Shown: one piece after another, positions 18,492 to 28,317 of the stretch
How the letters are laid out: each line of letters begins with the position of its first letter
Position numbering within the stretch: position 1 is the first letter of the stretch
Source: Isosphaeraceae bacterium
GTDB taxonomy: Bacteria; Planctomycetota; Planctomycetia; Isosphaerales; Isosphaeraceae
Length of the DNA stretch: 49,974 bases
Reading direction: 5' to 3'
NCBI GenBank assembly: GCA_965201075.1
Contig: CBDAVP010000005.1
Coordinates: 186,001 to 235,974, forward strand
The notes under the pieces: generated by a model
The model's database searches: none
What the model was told of the DNA's origin: nothing
What the model saw: the letters and a program-made list of their open reading frames with translations, nothing else
Program-made: the position numbers and the translations under genes

Positions 18492-21233
18492 TTGATGAAT
18501 CGAGCTGTCCCCCGACCGCTCCCCTATGCCCTGGCGTTCTTCGGCAGCGTTTGCATCATGACGCTGGAGCTGGTGGCCGGGCGGCTGGTGGCCCGCCACG
18601 TCGGGGCGTCGTTGGTGGTCTGGACCAGTGTCATCGGGATCATGCTCGGCGGCATCTGCCTGGGAAACGTCCTGGGCGGACGCCTGGCCGACCGCGCCGA
18701 GCCCCGCCGCCTGGTCGGTCCCTTCTATGCCCTGAGCGCCCTGCTCTGCGTGGCCTGCCTTTGGATCAACGCTTACGTCGGCCACCTGCCGGGTTTGGAT
18801 AGATTGCCCTGGGACCTGCGGACCTTGGTGGTCGTCGCCCTGGAGTTCCTCGCGCCGGGCACGATGCTGGGGATGATCGGCCCGGTGGTCGCCAAGATGG
18901 CCGTCACACAGGCCGAGAAGTCCGGCAGCGCCCTGGGGGATGTTTCCTTCTGGGGAGCGGTCGGTTCGATCGTGGGCACCTTCCTGACCGGCTTCGTGCT
19001 GATCTATGCCTCGCCAACCTCGACGATCCTCAACCTCGTCGCTGCCGGACTGGCCCTGTTGGTCGCGGTCCTGGGGCCGAATCTGGCCCGGGGCTTCGCC
19101 CTGGCCGGCGCGATGGGCCTGGGCTTCGGGGCGACTCGCTGGGCCTCACACACCCCCACCTTCCACGGCCTCATCTTCCCCGCCATTCGCGCCAACCTGC
19201 CGACGCACCTGGGCCATTTGTTGATCACCGTTACAGCCATGCTCGCCGCCTTCGAGCTTTGGCGAGCCCTGCGTGCGGGTGATCCAGCGGTCGACCACAC
19301 CACTGAATCCGCCCCCATTGCCGAACGCCGCGTCCGCCTTGCGGACCTCTCGATGCTGGCCTTCGTGGGGAGCCTGGGGTTCATGAGCCTGGAGATGGTC
19401 GCCGGCCGGTTGGTGGCACGACACCTGGGTTCCAGCCTCTTCGGTTGGACCAGTGTCATCGGCGTGTTGCTGGGTGGCCTGAGCCTGGGGAACCTGCTGG
19501 GAGGCTCGATCGCCGACCGCATCCGTAAGGAAGGGCAGGCCAGCCACCTGTTCCTGGTCGCCTCGGCGCTGACCTTGCTGGTCCTGTTCACCGAGATTTC
19601 GCCCCACTGGATTCCTTCGGGCGTGCTCTCGGCGTGGGACCACTTCGACCCGTCCCGCGACCTGGTCACAGAACACGCCCGATCGGCCCCGGCGTGGCTG
19701 TTCCATAGCGCTCAGTCTCGGGGCTCGATTCTCGGCTGGGCCAGCGGGATGACTGCTTTGCCCTGGTGGTCTCGGGTATTGCTGGTGGTCTCGGCGGCTT
19801 ACCTGCCGGCGGCCGTGGCGATGGGGACCGTCGGCCCGGTGGTCGCCAAGCTGGCCGTCGACCGGGTCCACGGCGCGGGGCGCACCGGCGCGACCATCGG
19901 CGCCGTGTATGCCTGGGGAATGGTCGGCAGCCTCCTGGGGACGTTTCTGGTCGGTTTCTTGCTGATTGACCACCTGGGGACCAAGGGTGTTTTACTGACC
20001 CTGGCCGCGACCCTGGGAGTCGCCGCGGCCTGGCTGGGACACGCCGGCCACGCCGCGTTTGCCGGAATACCGCTGGGCCTCTGCCTGGTCGCCTTCGTCC
20101 CCGTCCCGTTTCTGACCACCCGCGCCGTCAACTATGGTCTGATCGAGCCTTTGAACCAACCCAACACCGAGGAGAACGACGTCCCCGCCTATTCCGACGA
20201 GAGCAATTACTATTACATCCGCGTTGACAACCACCGGGAAGATCATCTCGACAAACCCCAGACCCCGCCCGGCCGACTGCGGACGCTGATCCTGGATGCT
20301 TTGATCCACGGGCACGACCGGATCGGTCACCCCGAGGACCTCGAATACGACTACGAGTTCCTCTACGCCGACGCCACCGACCGCTTCCTGAGGGCCCGGT
20401 CCTCGGGGGGCGATCACTCCCCCCCTCGCACGATGTTCCTGGGTGGCGGCTCGTACACCTTCCCCCGCTACCTCCAGAAGCTTTACCCGGGCACGACCGC
20501 CGACGTCTCCGAGATTGACCCGGCCGTCACCCGGGCCAACCACATCGCCCTCGGCTTGTCCCGCGACACACCCATCCGCACCACCTGGGGAGACGCCCGC
20601 CAGTTCGTCCAGAAGCGGCAGGGGAAGGTCCGGTACGACCTGATCTTTGGCGATGCCTTCAATGACTTCTCGATCCCCTGGCACCTGACCACCCGGGAGT
20701 TCAACGACCAGATCGCCAATTTGCTCGCCCCCGACGGCCTTTACATGATCAACATCATCGACCTGTACGAGTCCGACGCCGAGGCCGAGAGCCGAGCCGA
20801 ACAACTCATCGCGACCAGGGAGAGGGCTCAGGCCGGAACGGGTCTGACCGACGAAGCCAGGACACGCATCCGAGACGAAACGATCGCCGAGGCCCGCTCC
20901 ACGGGCGCGTTCCTGGGAGCCTGGTTGAAAACGGCCCGCCACAGCTTTCCCCACCTTTACGTTTTTGGCACGCACTCCTACCCTGGGTATGGGACTCGGG
21001 AAACCTTCGTGGTCATCGCCGCCAAACGGCCGCTCGATCTGACCAACCTGGGGGGCGAGCGGGGCGACCCCAAATTCTTCCCGGGCGGAGACCTTTTCGC
21101 CCGGGAACCTTTTCCCGAGGCGGACCTCCAGGCGCTGGACCTCCGTTCCCGAGGCATCGAGTTGACCGACGACTACGCTCCGGTCGAAAATCTGCTTGCC
21201 CCCGTGGCGGCGACCCGAGCCCAGGATGATTGA
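18492..21233 (+). CDS. Fused membrane (MFS-like) / spermidine synthase-like protein
   Basis: Duplicated TM module (LELVAGRLVARHVG..WTSVIG / LEMVAGRLVARHLG..WTSVIG). C-terminal SAM fold with LGGGSYT, EIDP, GDARQF, GDAF..IPWHLTTREF and LTDDYAPVENL. Confidence 0.9.
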   Translation: MMNRAVPRPLPYALAFFGSVCIMTLELVAGRLVARHVGASLVVWTSVIGIMLGGICLGNVLGGRLADRAEPRRLVGPFYALSALLCVACLWINAYVGHLPGLDRLPWDLRTLVVVALEFLAPGTMLGMIGPVVAKMAVTQAEKSGSALGDVSFWGAVGSIVGTFLTGFVLIYASPTSTILNLVAAGLALLVAVLGPNLARGFALAGAMGLGFGATRWASHTPTFHGLIFPAIRANLPTHLGHLLITVTAMLAAFELWRALRAGDPAVDHTTESAPIAERRVRLADLSMLAFVGSLGFMSLEMVAGRLVARHLGSSLFGWTSVIGVLLGGLSLGNLLGGSIADRIRKEGQASHLFLVASALTLLVLFTEISPHWIPSGVLSAWDHFDPSRDLVTEHARSAPAWLFHSAQSRGSILGWASGMTALPWWSRVLLVVSAAYLPAAVAMGTVGPVVAKLAVDRVHGAGRTGATIGAVYAWGMVGSLLGTFLVGFLLIDHLGTKGVLLTLAATLGVAAAWLGHAGHAAFAGIPLGLCLVAFVPVPFLTTRAVNYGLIEPLNQPNTEENDVPAYSDESNYYYIRVDNHREDHLDKPQTPPGRLRTLILDALIHGHDRIGHPEDLEYDYEFLYADATDRFLRARSSGGDHSPPRTMFLGGGSYTFPRYLQKLYPGTTADVSEIDPAVTRANHIALGLSRDTPIRTTWGDARQFVQKRQGKVRYDLIFGDAFNDFSIPWHLTTREFNDQIANLLAPDGLYMINIIDLYESDAEAESRAEQLIATRERAQAGTGLTDEARTRIRDETIAEARSTGAFLGAWLKTARHSFPHLYVFGTHSYPGYGTRETFVVIAAKRPLDLTNLGGERGDPKFFPGGDLFAREPFPEADLQALDLRSRGIELTDDYAPVENLLAPVAATRAQDD

Positions 21234-21242
21234 GGACCACGC

Positions 21243-21824
21243 GTGACCCATTCCCCTCCGCCGAAACGGGGCCGACGCCTCGGCTGGATGGTCGCGCTGG
21301 GCTTGACCATCGCCTGGGCGGTCGTGCTCACGGTGGTCCTGCCCCGCCGGAACCCGGACCTCGCCTCGGCCACCATCGAGCCTGCCACGGGCGCGAGTCA
21401 GGCCGATTTCTCCTGGACCCTCGAAGGGCTCGACGGCCAGCCCTACCCGCTGAAGAAGTTGAAGGGTCGCGCCGTGTTTCTGAACATCTGGGCGACGTGG
21501 TGCGGTCCCTGCCGAGACGAGTTGCCCTCGATCGTCGCCCTCGCCGCCAATCCCCGGCTCAAGGACGTCGCTTTCCTGTGTGCCTCGGTCGACGAAGACC
21601 CCGAGGCGCTTCGCCAATTTGTAACTCGCACGGGCCTGAAACTGCCCGTGGCCCGCTCCACCTCACTGCCGGCGGAGTTCCGCACCGTGGGCATCCCCGC
21701 CACGTTCTGGATCGCCCCCGACGGGACCATCCGAGCCTCGCTCGTAGGATCGTCGCAGTGGGACACCCCCGAGAACGTCGACGCGCTGGAACGCCTGGCG
21801 AAAGCGACGGTCACGACTCCCTGA
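21243..21824 (+). CDS. Membrane-anchored TlpA-family disulfide reductase
   Basis: N-terminal TM, LNIWATWCGPC, and GIPATF cis-Pro motif. Confidence 0.9.
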   Translation: MTHSPPPKRGRRLGWMVALGLTIAWAVVLTVVLPRRNPDLASATIEPATGASQADFSWTLEGLDGQPYPLKKLKGRAVFLNIWATWCGPCRDELPSIVALAANPRLKDVAFLCASVDEDPEALRQFVTRTGLKLPVARSTSLPAEFRTVGIPATFWIAPDGTIRASLVGSSQWDTPENVDALERLAKATVTTP

Positions 21825-21867
21825 CCTGGGATATAGCCAATCCTGGACCGGCCCGACCCGGGCAGGC

Positions 21868-24492
21868 TCAATGGGAAGCGGGCACGAGCACGCGGACCTG
21901 ATGGGGGGCCATCTTGACGGGTACACCCAATCCCTCGGCCAAAGCCTCGCCGCTCAACACATCTCGCCACGAACCGGCGAGGAGCGGCGCCCCTTGCGAT
22001 TTGAGCGACGTCGCGGCCTCCTCCGGACGGAAGCTGATGAGCACCAAGGCCGCCCCCTCTCCCGAACCTCGCAGGCAGGCGAACACTCCGCCGGTGGCCC
22101 GGACCGAATCGTAATCGGCCCGCCCTTCTCGCAGCGCGGGCAGCGTTTTCCTCAACGCATAAATCCGCCGCAAGAAGTCGACGCTCGACGGCCCCTTCCC
22201 ACCATAAACGGCCGGATCCTCGTCCCCCTGGTAGAGCATCGGCACCCCCTCAACCAGGGCACAAAGCGACAGCAGAGCTCGCATCCGGTCGACCCCATAC
22301 GCCTCCAGCGGCCGTTTCTTTTGGAAGGTCCAGGAAACGGTGTCGTGGTTGCTGATCCAACGCATTTTCAACCCGCCTGGAGGCATGGCGTTTTGCTGGT
22401 CGTGCAGGAACCGCTGGAGGGTCGTGGCCCAATCCTCGGGCGTCGACTCACGGTCCAGCAGGTCGGTCATGGCGAAGTAGAGTTGGGCGTCGTAGGTCAG
22501 GTCGGCGACGCGCTGGTAAAGGTACGCACCGGTGTACTCCTCGGGGATGATGACCGTCTCTTGGCCGACGCGAAGAAACCCCTCACGAATCGCCCGGGTC
22601 ATCCCCAAACCCGCCGCCAGCGACGACCGCGACGGCCGATTCCCCACCTCCGGGTTCCAGTTCAAGGGTCCACCGGCGGCGCAGTCCACCCGCGCGCCGA
22701 TGGCCCCGTACCATTGGGCGTCGTGCTCGGCCGCGCGGCGGAAATAGTCCTGCCAGCCGGGATGGGCGTTGTCGAAGGCCAGTTGCTCCCAGGCCTGGGC
22801 GGGCTTGCCGTCGGGAGTTCGCGAGATGTACTCGGGATGTTCCTTCGCGAGCTTTGTGAACTCAGGCGGTCCATGAGGGACGAGGTCGAACATCAAGCGA
22901 ATTTTCCGCCTCGCCGCGTCGGCGGAAAGGTGTCGCAACTCATCGTTGGTCCCGTACAGGGCACTCACCCGAAAGTGGTCGAACGGGGCATACAGGTTCC
23001 ACCTCGACCCATCGCCGTGCTCCCAGATCGGCAGAAACCAGAGCAGGTCGACGCCCATGGATTCGAGCGTGGAAAGATAAGCCTCGACGGCCCGGAAGCC
23101 GCCATAGGTTCGGTAATTCAACTCGGGAGGGCCGCCGGGATGGCCGCAGTACAGGACCATCGACCGCAAACCGGCGAGCCCCTGGTCCGGGGCACGAAGG
23201 CCGATCTCCCGATAAACGTCCTGGACCCCGGCAATCGCCTGATCCCTTGAGCCGTGGGACAACCAGAAATGCTCGGTCCCCAGACTGACGGACGCCCCCG
23301 GCTTGAGCCTGGCAATCACCTGCTGGGCGTGACGAATGGTGACCCCATCCGCCACCCGGGTCACGCTCACCGGGCTGAATTCGTCCTCCTCGAAGAACCA
23401 AGACCCCAGGCCCCGCCCGCTGGCGGCGTCCCAGAGCACAACCAGGGGCTCCTCACTCCGGGGACGCAAGGTTTCTCCTTGCTCAAGCTTCGCCAGGGGC
23501 TGGTCGCCGATCGGCAGCGAGCCCGGGAAGAAAACCGCCGCGCCGGTCCCCAGGGACAACGGGGGCGTCTGGTAAGTACCGTTCTGGAAAATCTGTTCAC
23601 GATCGGACCGATTGGTCACGGTGAGGCGGCGTTGGAACCGGGGAGACCCGGTTTTGAGTTCCCAGTCGGCTCGAAATTCCAAGCCATCGGCGGTCGCGGA
23701 CAGCGAAAGTGTCTCAAGGTCTCCCTCGCGAACTCGCTCGACGCGGACTGCCCCGGGCTCTTCGCCATCAACCACCCACCTGGCCAGCGATTTCTCCGGA
23801 CCCAGCAAAATCGGGCCGGAAAGGCCGCCCTCGCCCGATCCGTTGGTCACTTTCAACAGCAAGACATTGGGGCCATCGGTCCTCAGCAGGCGAGCGGGAA
23901 CGCGATAAAGCCGGGGCGACTCCCAGAAGTGCGGCGTGTCCTGCCCGGTGCGGCCGATCGGCGTACCATTGACATACGAGACGTCGAAGTCGTCGACCGC
24001 GCCAATCAGCAAGGCAAGTTCACCACCCTCGGCAAGGGCCTCCGGCGGTGTGGGGAACGCGCGGCGATACCAAAACTCCCCCTGGCGGCCCCGCAGGCGA
24101 TCATCCCCCCGACCGCCGACACTGGGAATCGGCGTCGCCACCCAGGTCGCCCCCTCGAAACGCCCAGCGCGGAAGTCCGCTTCAACCCTGGGACCCGGCG
24201 GGTTCGGCGTATAAAGCCACTCCCCCGCCAGTTCGACCCTGGGAACAGAGCCGTGGGGCGGCGTTTGTCGCTTCGAGGCCAAAGTCCGCCGACGAGGCGG
24301 AACGAGCGACGAGGAACCGCCGGCCACCAGTGACGTCCCATCTCGACGGTCGACCAATCCCGTCCAACCGCCGGAGCGACCCTCGAATTCGAGCCGAACC
24401 TGATCATTCTCCAGAATCAGCGGGGCCACGCGCTCCGGCGACTGGGCACAAAGGATCAGGCCGCAGGAGACCAGCCACGAGGCGTTGACCAT
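21868..24492 (-). CDS. Secreted multidomain alpha-amylase family (GH13-like) glycoside hydrolase
   Basis: Signal peptide; GH2-N-like sugar-binding module (WYRR, GAVDD.D..YVNG). Catalytic regions GARVD, IPEE and ISNHD, plus GVPMLYQG. Confidence 0.85.
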   Translation of the reverse strand: MVNASWLVSCGLILCAQSPERVAPLILENDQVRLEFEGRSGGWTGLVDRRDGTSLVAGGSSSLVPPRRRTLASKRQTPPHGSVPRVELAGEWLYTPNPPGPRVEADFRAGRFEGATWVATPIPSVGGRGDDRLRGRQGEFWYRRAFPTPPEALAEGGELALLIGAVDDFDVSYVNGTPIGRTGQDTPHFWESPRLYRVPARLLRTDGPNVLLLKVTNGSGEGGLSGPILLGPEKSLARWVVDGEEPGAVRVERVREGDLETLSLSATADGLEFRADWELKTGSPRFQRRLTVTNRSDREQIFQNGTYQTPPLSLGTGAAVFFPGSLPIGDQPLAKLEQGETLRPRSEEPLVVLWDAASGRGLGSWFFEEDEFSPVSVTRVADGVTIRHAQQVIARLKPGASVSLGTEHFWLSHGSRDQAIAGVQDVYREIGLRAPDQGLAGLRSMVLYCGHPGGPPELNYRTYGGFRAVEAYLSTLESMGVDLLWFLPIWEHGDGSRWNLYAPFDHFRVSALYGTNDELRHLSADAARRKIRLMFDLVPHGPPEFTKLAKEHPEYISRTPDGKPAQAWEQLAFDNAHPGWQDYFRRAAEHDAQWYGAIGARVDCAAGGPLNWNPEVGNRPSRSSLAAGLGMTRAIREGFLRVGQETVIIPEEYTGAYLYQRVADLTYDAQLYFAMTDLLDRESTPEDWATTLQRFLHDQQNAMPPGGLKMRWISNHDTVSWTFQKKRPLEAYGVDRMRALLSLCALVEGVPMLYQGDEDPAVYGGKGPSSVDFLRRIYALRKTLPALREGRADYDSVRATGGVFACLRGSGEGAALVLISFRPEEAATSLKSQGAPLLAGSWRDVLSGEALAEGLGVPVKMAPHQVRVLVPASH

Positions 24493-24681
24493 GGGTCGGC
24501 ATCCGAAACCCGCTGGGGAAGAACCAAAGCCTCATCCTACCCGAACCAACCGAGTTGCCGGGAAGCCAGTCTTTCCCAGGCGTCGCGGCTCCACGGTGGG
24601 ATCGGTTGGCCGGGGATGGTAGGCTGCGAGGCGGCCGAGAATCCGGCCAGACAATCCAACCGGTCGGGAAAGGGCGGCCCC

Positions 24682-25821
24682 ATGAGGACTCGGGTGGGAA
24701 TCAAACGCGGATGGTTCGGAGCCTGGGTCCTGGCGGCCGGGCTTTCCACAATGGCGTCGGGCACGGCCGCCGCGGGGGGTCCCCATCGCTACCTCTACGT
24801 GGCCGAGCCGGGCATCCGCGATTATCTCGAATACGGCGGTCACGGCCTGCTCGTCTTCGACATCGACGCCGGCCATGCCTTCGTCCGTCGGATCAAGTCC
24901 AAAGGTCTCAACCCCACCACCGGCAAACCTGAGAACGTCAAAGGGGTCTGCGCCAACGCTCGGACCCGCCGCCTGTACGTCAGCACGATCCGCACCCTCA
25001 CTTGCCTGAGTCTCGAGGACGATGCGATCCTTTGGGAACATGCTTACGACGGCGGTTGCGACCGCATGGCCCTGGCTCCCGACGGGTCGAACCTGTACGT
25101 CCCGTCGCTTGAGGGGGACCACTGGAACGTCGTTGACGCCCATGACGGCCATGTCATCACCAAGGTGTCGCCGCATTCCGGCTCTCATAACACGGTCTAT
25201 GGGCTTGATGGTCGTCGCGTCTACCTGGCGGGCCTCCGCTCGCCATTACTGACCATCGCCGCGACCGAAGGGCACACGGTCGATCGCACCGTGGGACCAT
25301 TCTCCGCGCCGGTGCGCCCGTTCACGATCAATGGCCGCCAGACCCTGGCGTTTGTCAACGTTAACGGGCTGCTTGGCTTTGAGGTTGGTGACATCCCCAC
25401 CGGGAAGATGCTGCACCGCGTCGAGGTTCAAGGCTTTCAACAGGGACCAATCAAACGGCACGGCTGCCCCAGCCACGGGATCGGCCTGACGCCCGACGAG
25501 GGCGAAATCTGGCTCTGCGACGCCGCCAACCAGCGCCTCCACCTCTTCGACGCCACGCAAATGCCCCCCCGCCAGGTTGCCAGCATCCAGCTTCGAGACG
25601 AGCCTGGCTGGGTCACGTTCACCACCGACGGACGATTCGCCTATCCCTCGACCGGCGAGGTGATCGACCCCAAGACCCGCGAGATCCTGACCCAACTCAA
25701 GGACGAGGCGGGCCAGCCAATCCAGAGCGAGAAGATGGTGGAAATCGGCTTTGATCCGGACGGGCACCCCACTTACACCGGCGACCAGTTCGGCCTCGGC
25801 CGGGTCACGGCGTCCCCCTGA
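24682..25821 (+). CDS. Secreted YncE-like beta-propeller protein
   Basis: Signal peptide from ATG 24682; repeated xPDG/xxDG blade motifs (APDGS, GLDGR, TPDEG, TTDGR). Confidence 0.8.
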   Translation: MRTRVGIKRGWFGAWVLAAGLSTMASGTAAAGGPHRYLYVAEPGIRDYLEYGGHGLLVFDIDAGHAFVRRIKSKGLNPTTGKPENVKGVCANARTRRLYVSTIRTLTCLSLEDDAILWEHAYDGGCDRMALAPDGSNLYVPSLEGDHWNVVDAHDGHVITKVSPHSGSHNTVYGLDGRRVYLAGLRSPLLTIAATEGHTVDRTVGPFSAPVRPFTINGRQTLAFVNVNGLLGFEVGDIPTGKMLHRVEVQGFQQGPIKRHGCPSHGIGLTPDEGEIWLCDAANQRLHLFDATQMPPRQVASIQLRDEPGWVTFTTDGRFAYPSTGEVIDPKTREILTQLKDEAGQPIQSEKMVEIGFDPDGHPTYTGDQFGLGRVTASP

Positions 25822-25852
25822 TCCCTTCCTCCTATCCTGGTGAGTGCCAAGC

Positions 25853-26938
25853 ATGAAGCGATTGCTCCTCGCCGCGACCGTGCTGGTTGGTCTCGCTCCC
25901 AATGCCCCGGCCGCCGATCGGGTGTTCGTCGGATACCTCTTCGGTGATTCCGAGGGGATCGATTTTCACCCATACACTCACGTATGCCACGCCTTCCTCG
26001 GGGCCGACAACGAGGGAAACCCCAAACCCGACCACGGTGTCCCCAACCACGACCTGGCCAGGCGGGTCCATGATGCGAAGTCCCAAATCCTCCTCTCCCT
26101 GGGAGGTGGCGACGCCGAGAAACCGTTCCTCGCGATGACCCGGAACCGCGAGGCCGAGGACCGTTACGTCCGAGAAATCCTCAAACTCGTCCGCGACTTC
26201 GACTACGACGGCATCGACTTTGACTGGGAATACCCCGACAACGAGGCCGAGGCCGCCACCTTCGCCCGGATGGCCCAGGCGTTCCGAATGGAGCTTGACC
26301 ATCAAGGAACGACCCGCGGTCGCCCAAAGTTCCTCACGATGGCCGCCTCGGCCGACCCCTCGACGCTGAAGTGGCTGAGCGACGACGTCCTCCGGCGAAC
26401 GCTCGACTGGACCCACGTCATGACCTACGACTACGCCGGCCCCTGGACCAACTATGCCGGTCACAACGCCCCGCTGTACCCTTCCACCCGTCAGCCCAAG
26501 GGAACTCCCTGGTCCTGCGTCACGACGATGGACTACCTCCTGAACCAACGGAAAATTCCCGCCGACCGCCTCGTCCTGGGCATCCCCCTCTACGGGCGCG
26601 GCTTCGCGGTCGCCGAGCCCTACGCTTCAACCAGAAACGCCCCCAAGGCCAAGATCCCCGAGGCCCAGTACCGACGCCTGGCCCCCTTGATCGGCAAGGG
26701 GTGGACTCGCCAGTGGGACGACCAAACCCAGACTCCCTGGCTAATCGCCGACAACCACTCCTCGGTGATCGGCTACGACGACGCTGAATCCGCCACGATC
26801 AAGGCCCGGTGGGCCACCGAACATGGACTGCGTGGGGTTTTTTTCTGGGAAATTCGTGGCGACCGAATGGCCGATCACTCCACCCCAGTCCAGGACGCCG
26901 CCCGCAAACCCTTGTTCCCCGACCCCAAACCCCGGTAG
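25853..26938 (+). CDS. Secreted glycoside hydrolase family 18 (chitinase-like)
   Basis: Signal peptide; SLGG, intact DGIDFDWEYP (DxxDxDxE), MTYDY, LGIPLYGR and GVFFWE. Confidence 0.93.
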   Translation: MKRLLLAATVLVGLAPNAPAADRVFVGYLFGDSEGIDFHPYTHVCHAFLGADNEGNPKPDHGVPNHDLARRVHDAKSQILLSLGGGDAEKPFLAMTRNREAEDRYVREILKLVRDFDYDGIDFDWEYPDNEAEAATFARMAQAFRMELDHQGTTRGRPKFLTMAASADPSTLKWLSDDVLRRTLDWTHVMTYDYAGPWTNYAGHNAPLYPSTRQPKGTPWSCVTTMDYLLNQRKIPADRLVLGIPLYGRGFAVAEPYASTRNAPKAKIPEAQYRRLAPLIGKGWTRQWDDQTQTPWLIADNHSSVIGYDDAESATIKARWATEHGLRGVFFWEIRGDRMADHSTPVQDAARKPLFPDPKPR

Positions 26939-26953
26939 GGAACGTCGCGATCC

Positions 26954-28279
26954 TCAAAGCAACTCGCGGATCGGCGTGCCCCCGTCCACCAGAAGGATCG
27001 GCTGACCATCGGGAGTCGTGAAATGCCGCGATGGGTCGATCCCCAGGGCCGAGTACACGGTTGCGGCCAGGTCGGCGGGGGAGACGGGTCGCTCGGCGGG
27101 GGCGTCGCCACTGGCATCGGTCTTGCCCAGGACGAGCCCCGCTGGCATCCCGCCACCGGCCAGAATCAGGCTATTGGCCCGCCCATGATGATCGCGCCCC
27201 GCGTTGCCATTGATCTTGGGGGTCCGACCGAATTCCCCCATCACCAGCACCATCGTCTCGCCCAGCATTCCCCGATCGGCCAGGTCGCCAATCAGCGCCG
27301 AGGCCGCACGATCCAGCGGCGGGGCGAGGGTTTGCCGGATGGCCTGAAACCCCTGAACGTGCGTGTCCCACCCCAGCGGCCCGGTCCCCCGATCATTCAC
27401 GGTGACGAATCCCACACCGGCCTCGATCAACCGGCGGGCCAGCAGGCACGACTGCCCCAGCGAATCTCGCCCGTAGCGGTCGCGGACAGCCGCCGGCTCC
27501 TCGTTCAGCCGAAATGCTCCTTGCGCCTTGCGTGAGGTCAGCAGGTCAAACGCCTGGGTCGCGAACTGGTCGCGAGCGGCCGTCAGCGGGGTTTCGGGCA
27601 CATCGTTGGCGAACCCATCGAGGTCGCGAACCATCGCCCGCCGCCTCCGCAAACGGTCCAGCGTGACGCGGTCCGGCGGCGTCAGGTCTCGCACGCGGAA
27701 GTCGGGGCGGCTCGGGTCTCCAGGGATCGCAAACGGGTCGAACGCCGGAGTCAGATACCCGGACGACGCCGGCGTCGGCGCATCGGGCAACGCCACGAAC
27801 GGCGGCAGCACCCCGCCGGACATCCCCCTCACCTTGGCGACCACACTGCCAACGCACGGATACCCCATTGCCGGGTTGGGCCGATACCCGGTCAGGACAT
27901 GCTGGGTCGCCCGGTCGTGGTCGGCCTCGGGCGTGGTCAGGCTGCGGACCAGCGTGAAGCGGTTCAACTGCTTCGCGAGCTCGGGCAAGACCTCGCTGAA
28001 CGCCACACCGGGAAGCGCCGTCCCGATCGACCCGAACTCGCCTCGCACATCCGCTGGGGCCTCGGGCTTGGGATCAAACGTGTCCAGATGCGACGCCCCG
28101 CCCGCCAGCCAGATCAGGATACACCCCTTGGCCCGTGGCTTCAGCGCCGAGGCGCTCCCCTCGGCCGCCGATCGCAGCCGCAAAAGGTCCCCAAGCCCCA
28201 GGCCCCAGGCCCCCAGGAGTCCGACCTTCAACAGATCCCGTCGCGACGGACCGAGACTTCGACGATTGGCACCCATCAT
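26954..28279 (-). CDS. DUF1501 family protein (Tat-exported)
   Basis: SRRDLLKVG Tat motif, GGASHLDTFDPKP, LLARRLIEAGV, WDTH, GEFGRTP and GRDH. Confidence 0.93.
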   Translation of the reverse strand: MMGANRRSLGPSRRDLLKVGLLGAWGLGLGDLLRLRSAAEGSASALKPRAKGCILIWLAGGASHLDTFDPKPEAPADVRGEFGSIGTALPGVAFSEVLPELAKQLNRFTLVRSLTTPEADHDRATQHVLTGYRPNPAMGYPCVGSVVAKVRGMSGGVLPPFVALPDAPTPASSGYLTPAFDPFAIPGDPSRPDFRVRDLTPPDRVTLDRLRRRRAMVRDLDGFANDVPETPLTAARDQFATQAFDLLTSRKAQGAFRLNEEPAAVRDRYGRDSLGQSCLLARRLIEAGVGFVTVNDRGTGPLGWDTHVQGFQAIRQTLAPPLDRAASALIGDLADRGMLGETMVLVMGEFGRTPKINGNAGRDHHGRANSLILAGGGMPAGLVLGKTDASGDAPAERPVSPADLAATVYSALGIDPSRHFTTPDGQPILLVDGGTPIRELL

Positions 28280-28317
28280 GCGACTCCAATCCGGGACGAG
28301 ACCGAGGGCCACGCATC

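Noticed and set aside
24493..24681. Cobalamin-riboswitch-like GGGAAGCC and inverted symmetry in the divergent region
   Set aside because: The other B12-element motifs are absent. The symmetry is adequately explained by back-to-back TAGGAT/TAGGCT -10-like boxes.
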